DNA from: Chiloscyllium plagiosum
Lineage: Eukaryota
DNA: 50,278 nt
Direction of reading: 5' to 3'
Assembly: GCF_004010195.1 (NCBI RefSeq)
Contig: NW_025215358.1
Coordinates: 35,824 to 86,101, forward strand
Under the pieces are notes generated by a model. The model did not search any database, was not told the origin of the DNA, and saw only the letters and a program-made list of their open reading frames with translations. This document shows, in pieces, positions 23,126-35,903 of the stretch (position 1 is its first letter; every line of letters begins with the position of its first letter). A program made the position numbers and the translations under genes.

Positions 23126-23719
23126 AATCACCCCTGCACTCCAAGTAAAAGAAGGCTCTCTCACCCTGAATGCTGCAATTCAATCGTAATCAAAAGGAAG
23201 CAAAGCTACAGAATCTCAACCAATCTGCATGGTGCCTGGAACTGTAACAAATTGGGGAATCTCACTGGGTCTGAATATAACAAACTGCACTTTCACCAGT
23301 TCAATTGCATCAGTTCTCCTGCAAGAGGGATTTCTGAACACAGCCAACGAAATGAAATCTCCTCAGGATATTGACTTACTGCACTCTCTGACTCATGTGA
23401 ACTTAAGACAGATATCTTGGATTTAAAGTAATTTGTAACTTCTCTCCTTTCTCTTCCCTTTCTCCTTGGTACGTGTGGGTGTGATTGTGTGGTGCAAACC
23501 ATTCCCCACTCAGGAATTTGCTGCGGGTCACATTTAAAGTGGACTTCACAAACAGGGCGTGGATCAGTGCACGACCTTGTCTTTTTCAAAGGGAATGGAA
23601 AATAGAATCATAGAGCCATACAGCACTGAAACAGATCCTTTAGCTCAACATATCCACGCCAACCAGGTTTCCTTGACTTTACTAGTCCCATTTGCTTGCA
23701 TTTGACCAATATCCCTCCA

Positions 23720-24918
23720 GGCGAAAGTGAGGACTGCAGATCCTGGAGATTAGAGTGGTGCTGGAAAAGCACAGCAGGCCAGGCAGCGTCTGAGGAGCAG
23801 GAAAATCGACATTTCCGGCATGAGCCCTTCATCAGGAATGAGGCTGGAAGCCTTGCGGGTGGAGAGATAAATGGGAGGGGGTGGGGCTGGGGAGAAGGTA
23901 GCTGGGAGTGCAATAGGTGGTTGGAGGTGAGGGTAAAGGTGATAGGTTGGAGAAGAGGGTGGAGTGGATAGATGGGAAGGAAGATAGGCAGGTAGGACAG
24001 GTCATGGTGATGGTGCNNNNNNNNNNNNNNNNNNNNNNNNNNNNNNNNNNNNNNNNNNNNNNNNNNNNNNNNNNNNNNNNNNNNNNNNNNNNNNNNNNNN
24101 NNNNNNNNNNNNNNNNNNNNNNNNNNNNNNNNNNNNNNNNNNNNNNNNNNNNNNNNNNNNNNNNNNNNNNNNNNNNNNNNNNNNNNNNNNNNNNNNNNNN
24201 NNNNNNNNNNNNNNNNNNNNNNNNNNNNNNNNNNNNNNNNNNNNNNNNNNNNNNNNNNNNNNNNNNNNNNNNNNNNNNNNNNNNNNNNNNNNNNNNNNNN
24301 NNNNNNNNNNNNNNNNNNNNNNNNNNNNNNNNNNNNNNNNNNNNNNNNNNNNNNNNNNNNNNNNNNNNNNNNNNNNNNNNNNNNNNNNNNNNNNNNNNNN
24401 NNNNNNNNNNNNNNNNNNNNNNNNNNNNNNNNNNNNNNNNNNNNNNNNNNNNNNNNNNNNNNNNNNNNNNNNNNNNNNNNNNNNNNNNNNNNNNNNNNNN
24501 NNNNNNNNNNNNNNNNNNNNNNNNNNNNNNNNNNNNNNNNNNNNNNNNNNNNNNNNNNNNNNNNNNNNNNNNNNNGAGGAATTGGGAATATGGGATGGCA
24601 TTTTTGCAAGAGGTAGGGTGGGAAGAGGTGTAATCCAGGTAGCTGTGGGAGTCGGTGGGTTTGTAAAAAATGTCAGTGTCAAGTCGGTTGTCATTAATGG
24701 AGATGGGGAGGTCCAGGAAGGGGAGGGAGGTGTCAGAGATGGTCCAGGTAAATTTAAGGTCAGGGTGGAATGTGTTGGTGAAGTTGATGAATTGCTCAAC
24801 CTCCTTGCGGGAGCACGAGGTGGTGCCAATGCAGTCGTCAATGTAGCGGAGGAAGAGGTGGGGAGTGGTGCCGGTGTAATTACGGAAGATGGACTGTTCT
24901 ATGTAGCCAACAAAGAGA
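23720..24918 (-). mobile_element. Penelope-like element: RT core plus terminal repeat, spanning N gap 24017-24575
   Basis: Minus strand LFLRYIDDCIG...FHPDLKFTW..LPFLDL...FYKPTDSHSYL..SSHP; decayed hammerhead motif near 23803-23839. Confidence 0.92.
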
Positions 24919-25399
24919 CTAGCTTGCCTCAGTTACATTCTTGTAAATCTTTTCTGCACCCTTTCCAATTTACTAACACCTTTCCTTCTGCAGGATGACC
25001 AGAATTGTATGCAGTTTTCTAAATGTGGCCTTAATAACTTCCTGTTTGGTCCCAACTCCTGGACTCAGTGCTCTGACCAATAAAGACAAGTGTACCAAAC
25101 GCTTTCTTCACCAACCTAGTAAGAATTCTTTCTTTGTTTGAAAAACCATCTCTATCATGGACAGGATGTGACGCAGTAAAGACAATTTGGTTCACCTCTC
25201 CCTCTGGTCTGTGTCTGTGAGTGAATCCCTCTCTGAAGCCAAGACTGTTCTGTGTTCATTTACTGGCCTCTCTCACTGGCTCAGGGAAGAGAAGGGGGAG
25301 GGAGAGAGAAGGAAGGTGAGAGAAAAGGTGAGAAAGAATGAGATGGTTGGGAAAGGAAAATGGAAAGGAGATTGAGACGAAAGGTAGCCGTGAAAGCGG

Positions 25400-25535
25400 A
25401 CCTAAATTGCCCGTAGTGTCAGCTGTGTTAGTCAGAGGGGAATGGGTCTGGGTGGGTTACTCTTCGGAGGGTGGGTGAAGACTGGTTGGGCCAAATGGCC
25501 TGTTTCCGCACTGTAGGGAATCTAATCTAATCTAA
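25400..25535 (+). mobile_element. HE1-like SINE 3' fragment
   Basis: CTAAATTGCCCGTAGTG ... GGCCTGTTTCC ... (AATCT)n tail. Confidence 0.8.
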
Positions 25536-26529
25536 CTTCTATAATGTCTTTCAGCTTTGCACTCAGTTCAAATGTGTGCCTTTAATGCTGAGCTCTTGGT
25601 TTGTTTATAGTTCCCCATCTTCTAAACCAATTACAGCACAAAGCCGGGCAATCTTCCCACCGTACCTAGTAATAGCTTATTGACCAGATTAACCTGCTCG
25701 CGTCCATTTCTCTCCTCTTTTCAAATAACCTTTCATTTCTTTTTTTCCTAGACATTTCTGATTTCCCCTTAAGATGTTACAGTCTCCGGCCTCAACAGCC
25801 ACTTTTGGTGACACATTACACCTTCTTGGTAACCTGGGATAAATGTTTCTTTTTTTTATGATAATCAATTGTATATGGCCCCATTTTGTTTTCCTGAATC
25901 AATAGTCTGTAGAAACACAGTCTTTTGTTTTTAAGCCTGTCATAATTTAGCTGCTTTTTTCAGATTCCCTGCTTAACACTATTTGTTCCAAAGGGGAGGG
26001 GATGGGAGGGGGCATAATATATCAAGTTGTCCTTCACCTGCAGCATCTAATTCCTTGTATTATTTAATGAATCTTAATTGTTCCCTTTCCAAAGACTATA
26101 ATTCCTGTCAGAAAATCATGCAATGGTTATAGAACATTTTTTAAAATTTATTTATCTGTGGGACGTGGGTGTTGCTGGCTGGGCTCACGATTTATTGCCT
26201 GTCCCTGGTTGCCTCCTTGAGAAGGTGGGGGTGAGCTGCCTTTTGAACTGCTGCAGTCCACCTGCTGTGGGTTGTCCCACAATGCCCTTAGGGAGGGGAT
26301 CCAGGATTTTGATAATGACAGTGAAGGAACGGTGATATATTTCCAAGTCAGGATGGTGAATGGCCTGGAGGGGAACTTTCAGGGGTTAGTGTTCCCCTGT
26401 ATCTGCTTCCCTTGTCCTTCTCGATGAAAGTGGTCGTGGGTTTGGTGAATTTCTGAAATGCATCTTGCAGACAGTACACACTGCTGCTCCTGAGCGTCGG
26501 TGGTGGAGGGAGTGGATGCTTGAGGATGT

Positions 26530-27182
26530 GAACATAGAACAATACAGTGCAGAACAAGCCCTTCGGCCCTCGATGTTGCGCCGACCTGTGAACTAGTCTC
26601 AGCTCATCCCCCGACACTATCCCAAAATATCCATGTGCTTATCTAAGGATTGTTTAAATCTCCCTAATGTGGCTGAGTTGACTACATTAGCAGGTAAGGC
26701 ATTCCACGCTCTTACCACTCTCTGAGTAAAGAACCTGCCTCTGACATCTGTCTTAAACCTATCACCCCTCAATTTGTAGTTATGCCCCCTCGTACACGCT
26801 GACGTCAACATCCTAGGAAAATGCCTTTCACTGTCTACCCTATCTAATTCTCTGATCATCTTGTACGTCTCTATCAAATCCCCTCTTAGCCTTCTTCTCT
26901 CCAATGAGAACAGGTTCAAGTCCCTCAGCCTTTCCTCATAAGACCTTCCCTCCAGACCAGGCAACATCCTGGTAAATCTCCTCTGCACCTTTTCCAATGC
27001 TTCCACATCCTTCCTGAAATATGGGGACCAGAACTGTACACGATATTCCAAGTGTGGCCGCACCAGCATTTTGTATAGTTGCAGCATGATATTGCGGCTC
27101 CGGAACTCAATCCTTCTACGAATGAAACCGAACACACCGTATGCCTTCTTCGCAGCACTATCCACCTGGGGGGCAACGTTCA
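26530..27182 (-). mobile_element. Young CR1 3' end inserted in an older LINE relic (26140-26530, 27183-27380)
   Basis: Open 192-aa stretch LYKMLVRPHLEY..QFWSP..LEKVQRRFTRM..ERRRLRGDLIE..FFTQRVVRAWNALP. Confidence 0.95.
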
Positions 27183-27862
27183 GGGATGGTGTCAATCAAG
27201 GAGCTAGTCTGTCCTGGATGGTGTCAAGTGTTGTTGGGGCTGCCCCCATCCAGGTAAGTGGAGAATGTGTGCCTTGTAGATGGTGGACAGGACTTGGGGA
27301 GTCAGGCGTTGAGGAACTTACTGCAGTATTCCCAGCCTCTGACCTGCTCTTGTAGTTACTGTGTGTATGTGGTGAGTCCAACATTTGGCCTGTTCAGGCT
27401 GAACTGACTACCTTCTCAAGTAATTTAGTTAGTCACAAGTCCCCAGTCTTTCCCCATAACTTTCCAGATTGTTCTTCATCAAATAGTCATTGACTTCCCA
27501 TTTGAAGACAGACATTGATCCTGCCTCCACCACACTCTGAGGCAGGTCCTTACGATTGGGCTGCATTTGGCATTTGGATCTTTTGACAAATACCTCAGAC
27601 GGGAGTGCTTTCATTCTCAATGCTTCTGCCAATAACTATTCTCCCCCTATCTACTCTGTGCAGCTTAATCAATCTCCTCACAGCTTTCTCTTCCCCATGG
27701 AGAAAAGGCCCAACTTCTCCAACCAGTCTTTGCAACTGAAGCTATTTCTGTGGCCTCTCCAAATCCATCACATCCCTCCAGTATTTCATACACATTTACC
27801 CTCACTCCTTTCCTTTTAGTCTCTGTGTCCCTACTTTATAAAGCCAGCACGCTTCTGAACAA

Positions 27863-28058
27863 CAGGTCGTCAATGCGAATTCGCTGTGACGCGGTGGACA
27901 AATTGGGGCTCGTTCCGTAAACACGAACTTTTAAAGCGTGTGTTGGCTGAAACGCAATGACATTGCCAACACTTTAAGCACTGTTTCTAAAGCGCGATTT
28001 TTCCTATAAGGCAGGGTTGCACAAGAACACAACTATCCCGTTATAGAAGAACGACCTG
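27863..28058. mobile_element. Tigger/pogo-like MITE (same family as 38750-39560)
   Basis: CAGGTCGT ... GTTATAGAAGAACGACCTG|TA; right end aligns in reverse to 38750-38835. Confidence 0.72.
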
Positions 28059-28179
28059 TACTTTTGCACTTGCCCCACACTTACAACAAGTTTGTTCATT
28101 TACACCAGTTTTCTTTTTGTATATTCATCCTTTTAAAAAACTATCTTTGCGCATTCTTCCTATCATAATTTGCATTTCC

Positions 28180-28320
28180 AAGAATCCCTGCATGGTGGAA
28201 ACAGGCCCTTCGTCGTAACAAGTCCACACTGACCCTCTGCAAAGATATCCAAACCGAACCCATTCCCCTACCCTATTACACGACATATACCCCTGACAAA
28301 TGCACCAATCCTGCACACCC
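28180..28320 (-). mobile_element. HE1-like SINE 3' end leading into the array
   Basis: GGAAACAGGCCCTTCG..ACAAGTCCACACTGACCCTC. Confidence 0.85.
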
Positions 28321-30500
28321 CTGAACACTATGGGTAATTTAGCATGGCCAATTCACCCTAACCTACACATCCCTGAACACTATGGGTAATTTAGCATGGC
28401 CAATTCACCCTAACCTACACACCCCTGAACACTATGGACAATTTAGCATGGCCAATTCACCCTAACCTACACATCCCTGAACACTATGGACAATTTAGCA
28501 TGGCCAATTCACCCTAACCTACACATCCCTGAACACTATGGACAATTTAGCATGGCCAATTCACCCTAACCTACACATCCCTGAACACTATGGACAATTT
28601 AGCATGGCCAATTCACCCTAACCTACACATCCCTGAACACTATGGACAATTTAGCATGGCCAATTCACCCTAACCTACACATCCCTGAACACTATGGACA
28701 ATTTAGCATGGCCAATTCACCCTAACCTACACATCCCTGAACACTATGGACAATTTAGCATGGCCAATTCACCCTAACCTACACATCCCTGAACACTATG
28801 GACAATTTAGCATGGCCAATTCACCCTAACCTACACATCCCTGAACACTATGGACAATTTAGCATGGCCAATTCACCCTAACCTACACATCCCTGAACAC
28901 TATGGACAATTTAGCATGGCCAATTCACCCTAACCTACACATCCCTGAACACTATGGACAATTTAGCATGGCCAATTCACCCTAACCTACACATCCCTGA
29001 ACACTATGGACAATTTAGCATGGCCAATTCACCCTAACCTACACATCCCTGAACACTATGGACAATTTAGCATGGCCAATTCACCCTAACCTACACATCC
29101 CTGAACACTATGGACAATTTAGCATGGCCAATTCACCCTAACCTACACATCCCTGAACACTATGGACAATTTAGCATGGCCAATTCACCCTAACCTACAC
29201 ATCCCTGAACACTATGGACAATTTAGCATGGCCAATTCACCCTAACCTACACATCCCTGAACACTATGGACAATTTAGCATGGCCAATTCACCCTAACCT
29301 ACACATCCCTGAACACTATGGACAATTTAGCATGGCCAATTCACCCTAACCTACACATCCCTGAACACTATGGACAATTTAGCATGGCCAATTCACCCTA
29401 ACCTACACATCCCTGAACACTATGGACAATTTAGCATGGCCAATTCACCCTAACCTACACATCCCTGAACACTATGGACAATTTAGCATGGCCAATTCAC
29501 CCTAACCTACACATCCCTGAACACTATGGACAATTTAGCATGGCCAATTCACCCTAACCTACACATCCCTGAACACTATGGACAATTTAGCATGGCCAAT
29601 TCACCCTAACCTACACATCCCTGAACACTATGGACAATTTAGCATGGCCAATTCACCCTAACCTACACATCCCTGAACACTATGGACAATTTAGCATGGC
29701 CAATTCACCCTAACCTACACATCCCTGAACACTATGGACAATTTAGCATGGCCAATTCACCCTAACCTACACATCCCTGAACACTATGGACAATTTAGCA
29801 TGGCCAATTCACCCTAACCTACACATCCCTGAACACTATGGACAATTTAGCATGGCCAATTCACCCTAACCTACACATCCCTGAACACTATGGACAATTT
29901 AGCATGGCCAATTCACCCTAACCTACACATCCCTGAACACTATGGACAATTTAGCATGGCCAATTCACCCTAACCTACACATCCCTGAACACTATGGACA
30001 ATTTAGCATGGCCAATTCACCCTAACCTACACATCCCTGAACACTATGGACAATTTAGCATGGCCAATTCACCCTAACCTACACATCCCTGAACACTATG
30101 GACAATTTAGCATGGCCAATTCACCCTAACCTACACATCCCTGAACACTATGGACAATTTAGCATGGCCAATTCACCCTAACCTACACATCCCTGAACAC
30201 TATGGACAATTTAGCATGGCCAATTCACCCTAACCTACACATCCCTGAACACTATGGACAATTTAGCATGGCCAATTCACCCTAACCTACACATCCCTGA
30301 ACACTATGGACAATTTAGCATGGCCAATTCACCCTAACCTACACATCCCTGAACACTATGGACAATTTAGCATGGCCAATTCACCCTAACCTACACATCC
30401 CTGAACACTATGGACAATTTAGCATGGCCAATTCACCCTAACCTACACATCCCTGAACACTATGGACAATTTAGCATGGCCAATTCACCCTAACCTACAC
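28321..30500. repeat. 52-bp tandem array, about 42 nearly identical copies, derived from a SINE-internal segment
   Basis: Unit CTGAACACTATGGACAATTTAGCATGGCCAATTCACCCTAACCTACACATCC; phase repeats at 29101 and 29881 (15 x 52); single-copy homolog in the SINE at 6182-6235. Confidence 0.97.
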
Positions 30501-30772
30501 TGAGGTGGGGGAAGGGGAAATGAGGAAACTGTTGAAGTCCACATTGATGCCCTGGGGTTGAAGTGTTCCGAGGCAGAAGATGAGGCGTTCTTCCTCCAGG
30601 CGTCTGGTGGTGAGGGAGCGGCGGTGAAGGAGGGAGCGGCGGTGAAGGAGGCCCAGGACCTCCATGTCCTTGGCAGAGTGGGAGGGGGAGTTGAAATGTT
30701 GGGCCACGGGTCGGTGTGGTTAATTGGTGCGGGTGTCTCGGAGATGTTCCCTAAAGCACTCTGCTAGGAGGC
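30501..30772 (-). mobile_element. Penelope GIY-YIG C-terminal fragment
   Basis: RFREHLRD..VAQHFNSPSHS..DMEVLGL..RRLEEERLIF.LGTLQPQGINVDF-like translation. Confidence 0.88.
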
Positions 30773-31770
30773 TCAGGTTGTGGGCCACAGGCTCCCGTGG
30801 GAAGTAGGGACCTTGGGGCCAATGTGAAATTCCGTCCGAGCTGGGGTGAGCGCAGACGGGATCCCACCGCACACCTGAGCGTCCTCCAACTGGTGCACTA
30901 CATCGGGTCCGTTGCGACACTCCTGTTCGTGTCTGTCAGCCGGGACCCCCTGATTGGACCAGGTTAATAGCCCCAATCAGGGAACTCATATTCTCCAAGG
31001 TCCGCCTGGCTGACCTCATTTCAATCCCGCCACCCAGCGTCCTTGAGAAGGTGAGCTGCCTCCAGTCTGTGCTGTTGATAGGCCCAGAATACCATTACAG
31101 ATGGAGTATTCACATTTTGACAATATCTTTCCAAGTCAGGAAGGGGTGACTCAGAGGGAAGCTTGTAGGCGTTCCCATGTAACTGCTGCACTTATCCTCC
31201 GAGATGGTAGTGGTCATGGGTTTGGAAGACACTGTCTAAGGAGTCTGGGTGAGTCTGTGCAGTGCATTCACGTAGATGGTGCGTACAGCTGCTGCTGAGC
31301 ATCAATAACTTTTGATGGCCAGGAAGGAGCGAACATATCCACAGTGAGACATAACCGAGTGAGTGTATAGTTTGGGGAATTTGGAGGCTGTGTGGGAACT
31401 TGGTGCAGAGGGAAGAGGTGCTTTTTGCTCACTTTTACTGGATCATAGTCTTCTTACAGGATAAATTAGAGCCCAGCGCAAAGAGAGACACCACAGGAAA
31501 GCTGTGAGTTCATTGGTTGGTGATAATTTGACAATCTATTCTAGGTTATCTTCAGACTGAAGAGAAAACGGGGAAATATTTGCGTGTTACAAACCAAAAG
31601 ACCAGTAGGACATTTTTAAAAATCGAAATAAGAACTATGTAATTAAAATAGAGATTAAAACAGAATTTGTTGGTGAAACTCAGTAGGTCTGGCAGCATCT
31701 GTGGAGAGAAAGCAGAGGTAATGTTTCACAACCTTATTCATTCTCCGTTCCCTCCACAGGTGCTGCTCTT

Positions 31771-32078
31771 GGGCGGCACGGTGGCACAGTGGTAAGCACT
31801 GCTGCCTCACAGCGCCTGAGACCCGGGTTCAATTCCCGCCTCAGGCGACTGACTGTGTGGAGTTTGCACGTTCTCCCCGTGTCTGCGTGGGTTTCCTCCG
31901 GGTGCTCCGGTTTCCTCCCACAGTCCAAAGATGTGCAGGGTCAGGTGAATTGGCCATGCTAAATTGCCCGTAGTGTTAGGTAAGGGGTAAATGTAGGAGT
32001 ACGGGTGGGTTTCGCTTCGGCGGGTCGGTGTGGACTTGTTGGGCCGAAGGGCCTGTTTCCACACTGTAATCTAATCTA
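31771..32078 (+). mobile_element. Full-length young HE1-like SINE
   Basis: GGGCGGCACGGTGGCACAGTGG head with A/B boxes, CpG-rich V-domain, AATCT tail. Confidence 0.95.
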
Positions 32079-33184
32079 GAGTTATTTTACAATCACACAA
32101 AGAGACCCGATGGAGCTGGCGTGATTGAGGCTGCAGTGTACAAGCTGCCCCGCGGCGGTCACATGAAACCACCTGGAGAGATATGCAAAAAACAGAATTC
32201 ATTTTTTAAACATGAGATGGTAATTATTGTAATGCGGCAGCTCGAGGTGTTTTGATTTCAGAGCGTTTGCCAGTATTTCCATTGGCTGCAGCATGTGGCA
32301 GAGCCGTCAAGGAGCAGTCTCCTTGACAACTCCCCTTCGCAGGCACACAGCCTTCCCAGCATCCTCCTGTCCTGGATGCGCAGGATGACGTCGAGGTGTC
32401 CTCTGGGAACTGCTGTAGTCAGAAAGCCTCAAAGTCCTTTGTACCTCTGCAACAGTCGTACTGCCACTGTGTCTGCACCAATCCTATCTCTCTCTCTCTC
32501 CCTCTGCCTTTGTTCCCCCACCCGCTCTCTCCCATTTCAGTCTCCATGAGGGGAAACAAAAAAAAAACAGTTTGACAATTCAGTCATATTTCAAAGTGAA
32601 TACACCAGACCTTTGTTTTGAGCCAGTTTAGCTTTCTTTGTCCTTTCTCTGTCTCTCTCTCTCTCTCACTGCCCTCACCACACTCCCCCCTCCCCATATT
32701 TCTCAGCCCCCCCCCTTTCTCTCAGACCCACCTCTCTCCTTCTGCCAATCTCCCCAGAGCCCCACACTCCCTCCCTCCCTTTGGCACAGTAGTACTCTTG
32801 GCTGTGGTAACACTGAGGCCGGTTGCCCTGGTTACCGGTTTAGCAATCTGTTCTGGGTGCGTGCACGATGAAGGTACTTTTCCCAGCACTCCATATCCTA
32901 TGAGCCAGCGAGTACCACCGACCCCCCCTTCCCACCCTCCCCCGCTCCTCCAGCACATTTCAGTAATGATCCAGCTGCCCGAACCATAGCTGGAGAAACA
33001 CTCACTGGGCTTTCTCATCCTGCCCCTGCACAGTACTCTCCGATCTCCCACTGAGGATCTATCCTCAGTTCCCCTCATCCCTTATGCTACCTCTTGTTGG
33101 AGTCAGCCAAAAACACCGTGAACACTAATGACACCCGGCTCCACGTTGTTCCTGCTTCTCATTATTGGACTCTTTGTCCCACAG

Positions 33185-33455
33185 GCTGGCTCAGTGGTTA
33201 GCACTGCTGCCCCAGGGACCCAGGTTCGATTCCCATCTTAGGCGACTGTCTGTGTGGAGTTTGCACATTGTCTGTGTGGGTTTCCTCTCACTGTCCAAAG
33301 ATGTGCAGGTTAGCGTGAAGTGGCCATGCTAAGGTGCCCGCAGTGTCCAGGGATGTGCAGGCAAGCCATGAGAAATGCAGAGTTACAAGGATAGGGTAGG
33401 GGGCTGGGTGGAGGATCCAGGTGGACCCCAAGGGCTGAATGACCTGCTTCCACAA
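33185..33455 (+). mobile_element. HE1-like SINE, diverged
   Basis: TGGCTCAGTGGTTAGCACTGCTGCC, GGTTCGATTCC, V-domain. Confidence 0.85.
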
Positions 33456-34739
33456 GGTGCTGCTGCTGGGCCAGATGGCAGTGGGTAACGCCCTGAACTG
33501 GGATCCCTCTGTATCCCTGGAGGCAGTGGGTTGTCTGGGGTCCAGACCCTGCTGTGTTGGGAGGGAGGGTGAGGGTGATCGTGACCAAATGGCTGGACAG
33601 AGCTGGATATTGCTTTTGGTTTTGTTTCTTTGATTTCTGCTCTTTTACTTAGAATTCTCAGATGGTGCTGAAAAATGATGCACATTTTGCACTTTTCACT
33701 GTCATCTGTACCTGAGTACACATGACAATAAAATCTAATCAACATAAATGGATTTCTTGAGGTGGGGTGAGATTATATATAAAGGTAGACTTTTGGAAAT
33801 CCTGAGTTGGCACTAGATTCTGTACAAATATAGACCTTTGAGGTGGGGTTAGATTTGATATAAGTGTGGGACTTTGCGCTGTAAAAGACCCTGAGTACAG
33901 CCTTTAGCCGGGAGCTGGATGGGGTGGCTGTGCCAGGAGCTAGAAAAATTCAGCAAAGTGAAACGTCGGACATCCTTTGTAAAGGGATTTGAAGGAAGCT
34001 GAGTCAGCCTGGATTCCTGAGCTGTGCAGCACAAGTCAAACTCACAGTCAATGTGCAACCCAGGACGAGTGAACAGGGTAATCAATCCAAAATTAGGGCA
34101 ATGTTACTTCAACGTAAGTGGTTCAAAGCCAGTAATTCGGTAAAATAAGTATGGATAGCCAGACTGCCTTTGACAGACTGAGTCACTGAACATTTCACCA
34201 AGGTCATGTCAGTGAAGGTCTTTTCTTGTTGTCCCCTGTTATCCTTAATTCAGCCTTGCTCAGACTTAACAACAATGTCAGAAACATTAATTCTCTACCT
34301 GAGTGGTGAGGGGCTGACAGGGAGGGGAGGGTCAAGGAGCTATGGGAAGGCAGGTGAAAGAGTGAGAAAGGTGGAAGCAGCCAATCAGGGAGCGCAGAAT
34401 GCTCGAAGGATATCCTAAACCTTCAGCATGTGCTTGTTGGGAAACAGAAAACAGCCTGACAGATCTTGGAGACGCCTCTGGATTGGAGAACATGGCAGAA
34501 AGACAAAGTAGAAAGGGGGGAAACCAATCCGTAATGAAACCTGGGGAATGTTTCCCGGGATCTCAGGACACACTCCCCTCCTTTAAGATGTTCCTTAAAA
34601 CATCCTGTCGCTGACCCAGATTTTGATCCAGTTCCTTAATGCACAAGGGTCATTTATTCTTTCATGGGATGTCGGGATTCTTGTCAGACCTGCATTTAAT
34701 GTCCACCTCTCATTGTTCCCCAAACTGAGCATCTTCACA

Positions 34740-35292
34740 GTCATAGAATCCCGACAGTGTGGAAACAGGACCCAACCGACCCTTCGAAGTGCAATCCCAC
34801 CAAGATCCATCCCTTTACCCTATCCCTGTATCCTTGCATCTCACAACACCAAACAATCTCACTGCCTTGTGGCCGACCACTTTCACCCCAGCCTCCCACT
34901 CGCCCAAGGACGTGCAAATCCTGGGCCTTCTCCACCGCCAAATCAAAGACACCCTCCAACTAGAGGAAGAACGCCTCATCTTCTACCTCGAGGCTTTACT
35001 CGTTTCCAAATCTCCCCTACCCCTCCACCTCATCCAAGATCCAACCCTCCAACTCAGCACTGCCCTCTTGACCTGTCTGACTTGTCCATCTCCCTTCCCA
35101 CTTATCTGCTCCACCCTTCCCACTGACCTTTCACATTTGCCTGCATCCATCTATCCAGCACCGCACTTTTCAACTCTGCATTTCCCATGGCCAATTCACC
35201 CCAACCTGCACATCTTTGGACTGTGGGAGGAAACCGGAGCACCCGGAGGAAACCCACGCAGACACGGGGAGAATGTGCAAACTCCACACAGA
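34740..35292. mobile_element. Minus-strand HE1-like SINE split by a plus-strand Penelope GIY-YIG/terminal fragment (about 34850-35160)
   Basis: SINE tail 34740-34835, HSPKDVQILGLLHRQ..LEEERLIF, SINE V-domain 35180-35292. Confidence 0.8.
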
Positions 35293-35451
35293 CGTCTTGC
35301 TCAGCTACTTCAGAGCCAGAGACATGGAGGCCAAAACTGGGTAAGGCAGCAGAGTAATTTCCTTAAGAGTTTTAAATGGCAATTTGACAGCCACTATTGC
35401 TGAGAAAAGCTTTATAATGTATAATTTGTGAATTTAATGTTAAATCCAGCA

Positions 35452-35760
35452 ATATTCTGGAGATTTCTGGAGAATCTAATGTTCTGGAAGGTTCTGGGAG
35501 GAATGTTTTTCTGGAGGGTGTGGTTTTCCAGATCGTGCTGGAGAGTGTGATGTTCTGGAAGGTTCTGGAGGATATGCTTTTCTTGAGGGAGTGATTTTCC
35601 AGATAGTTCTGGAGGGTATGATATTCTGGAAGGTTCTGGAGAGTGTGATGTTCTGGAATGTTCTGAAGGGTGTGATGTTCTGAAAGATTCCAGAGGGTAC
35701 GCTTTTCTGGAGAGTGTAGTGTTCCAAATTGTGCTAGAGGGGGTGTGACGTTCTGGAGAG
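35452..35760. repeat. Degenerate ~27-bp (9-bp sub-period) repeat TTCTGGAAGGTTCTGGAGAGTGTGATG
   Basis: Recurring TTCTGGA motifs. Confidence 0.8.
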
Positions 35761-35903
35761 CTGGGTAATTCGGGGTGAGGGGGAATGGGGGGGCGCTGTT
35801 TCAGAATTATTTTCATTGAACTGAGAAGCAATGTCAGGAGGAAATCAAACCAATCTCACATTAGCAGCTAGCCTTCCTTTCAATACACAACACCTTCAAC
35901 AAT

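Noticed and set aside
21150..24841. Long ORFs containing X runs (also 46501-47376)
   Set aside because: Read through N gaps; only the flanking transposon parts are real.
28321..30500. CRISPR-like or telomeric array
   Set aside because: No variable spacers and eukaryotic context; only one CCCTAA per unit, inherited from the SINE sequence.
31771..31845. SINE heads as additional tRNA genes
   Set aside because: A/B boxes are present but they run directly into the V-domain and lack a full cloverleaf.
32260..32470. Exon-like GC-rich stretch (also 39610-39841 and 23160-23245)
   Set aside because: No recognisable protein and no convincing paired splice sites with an open frame.
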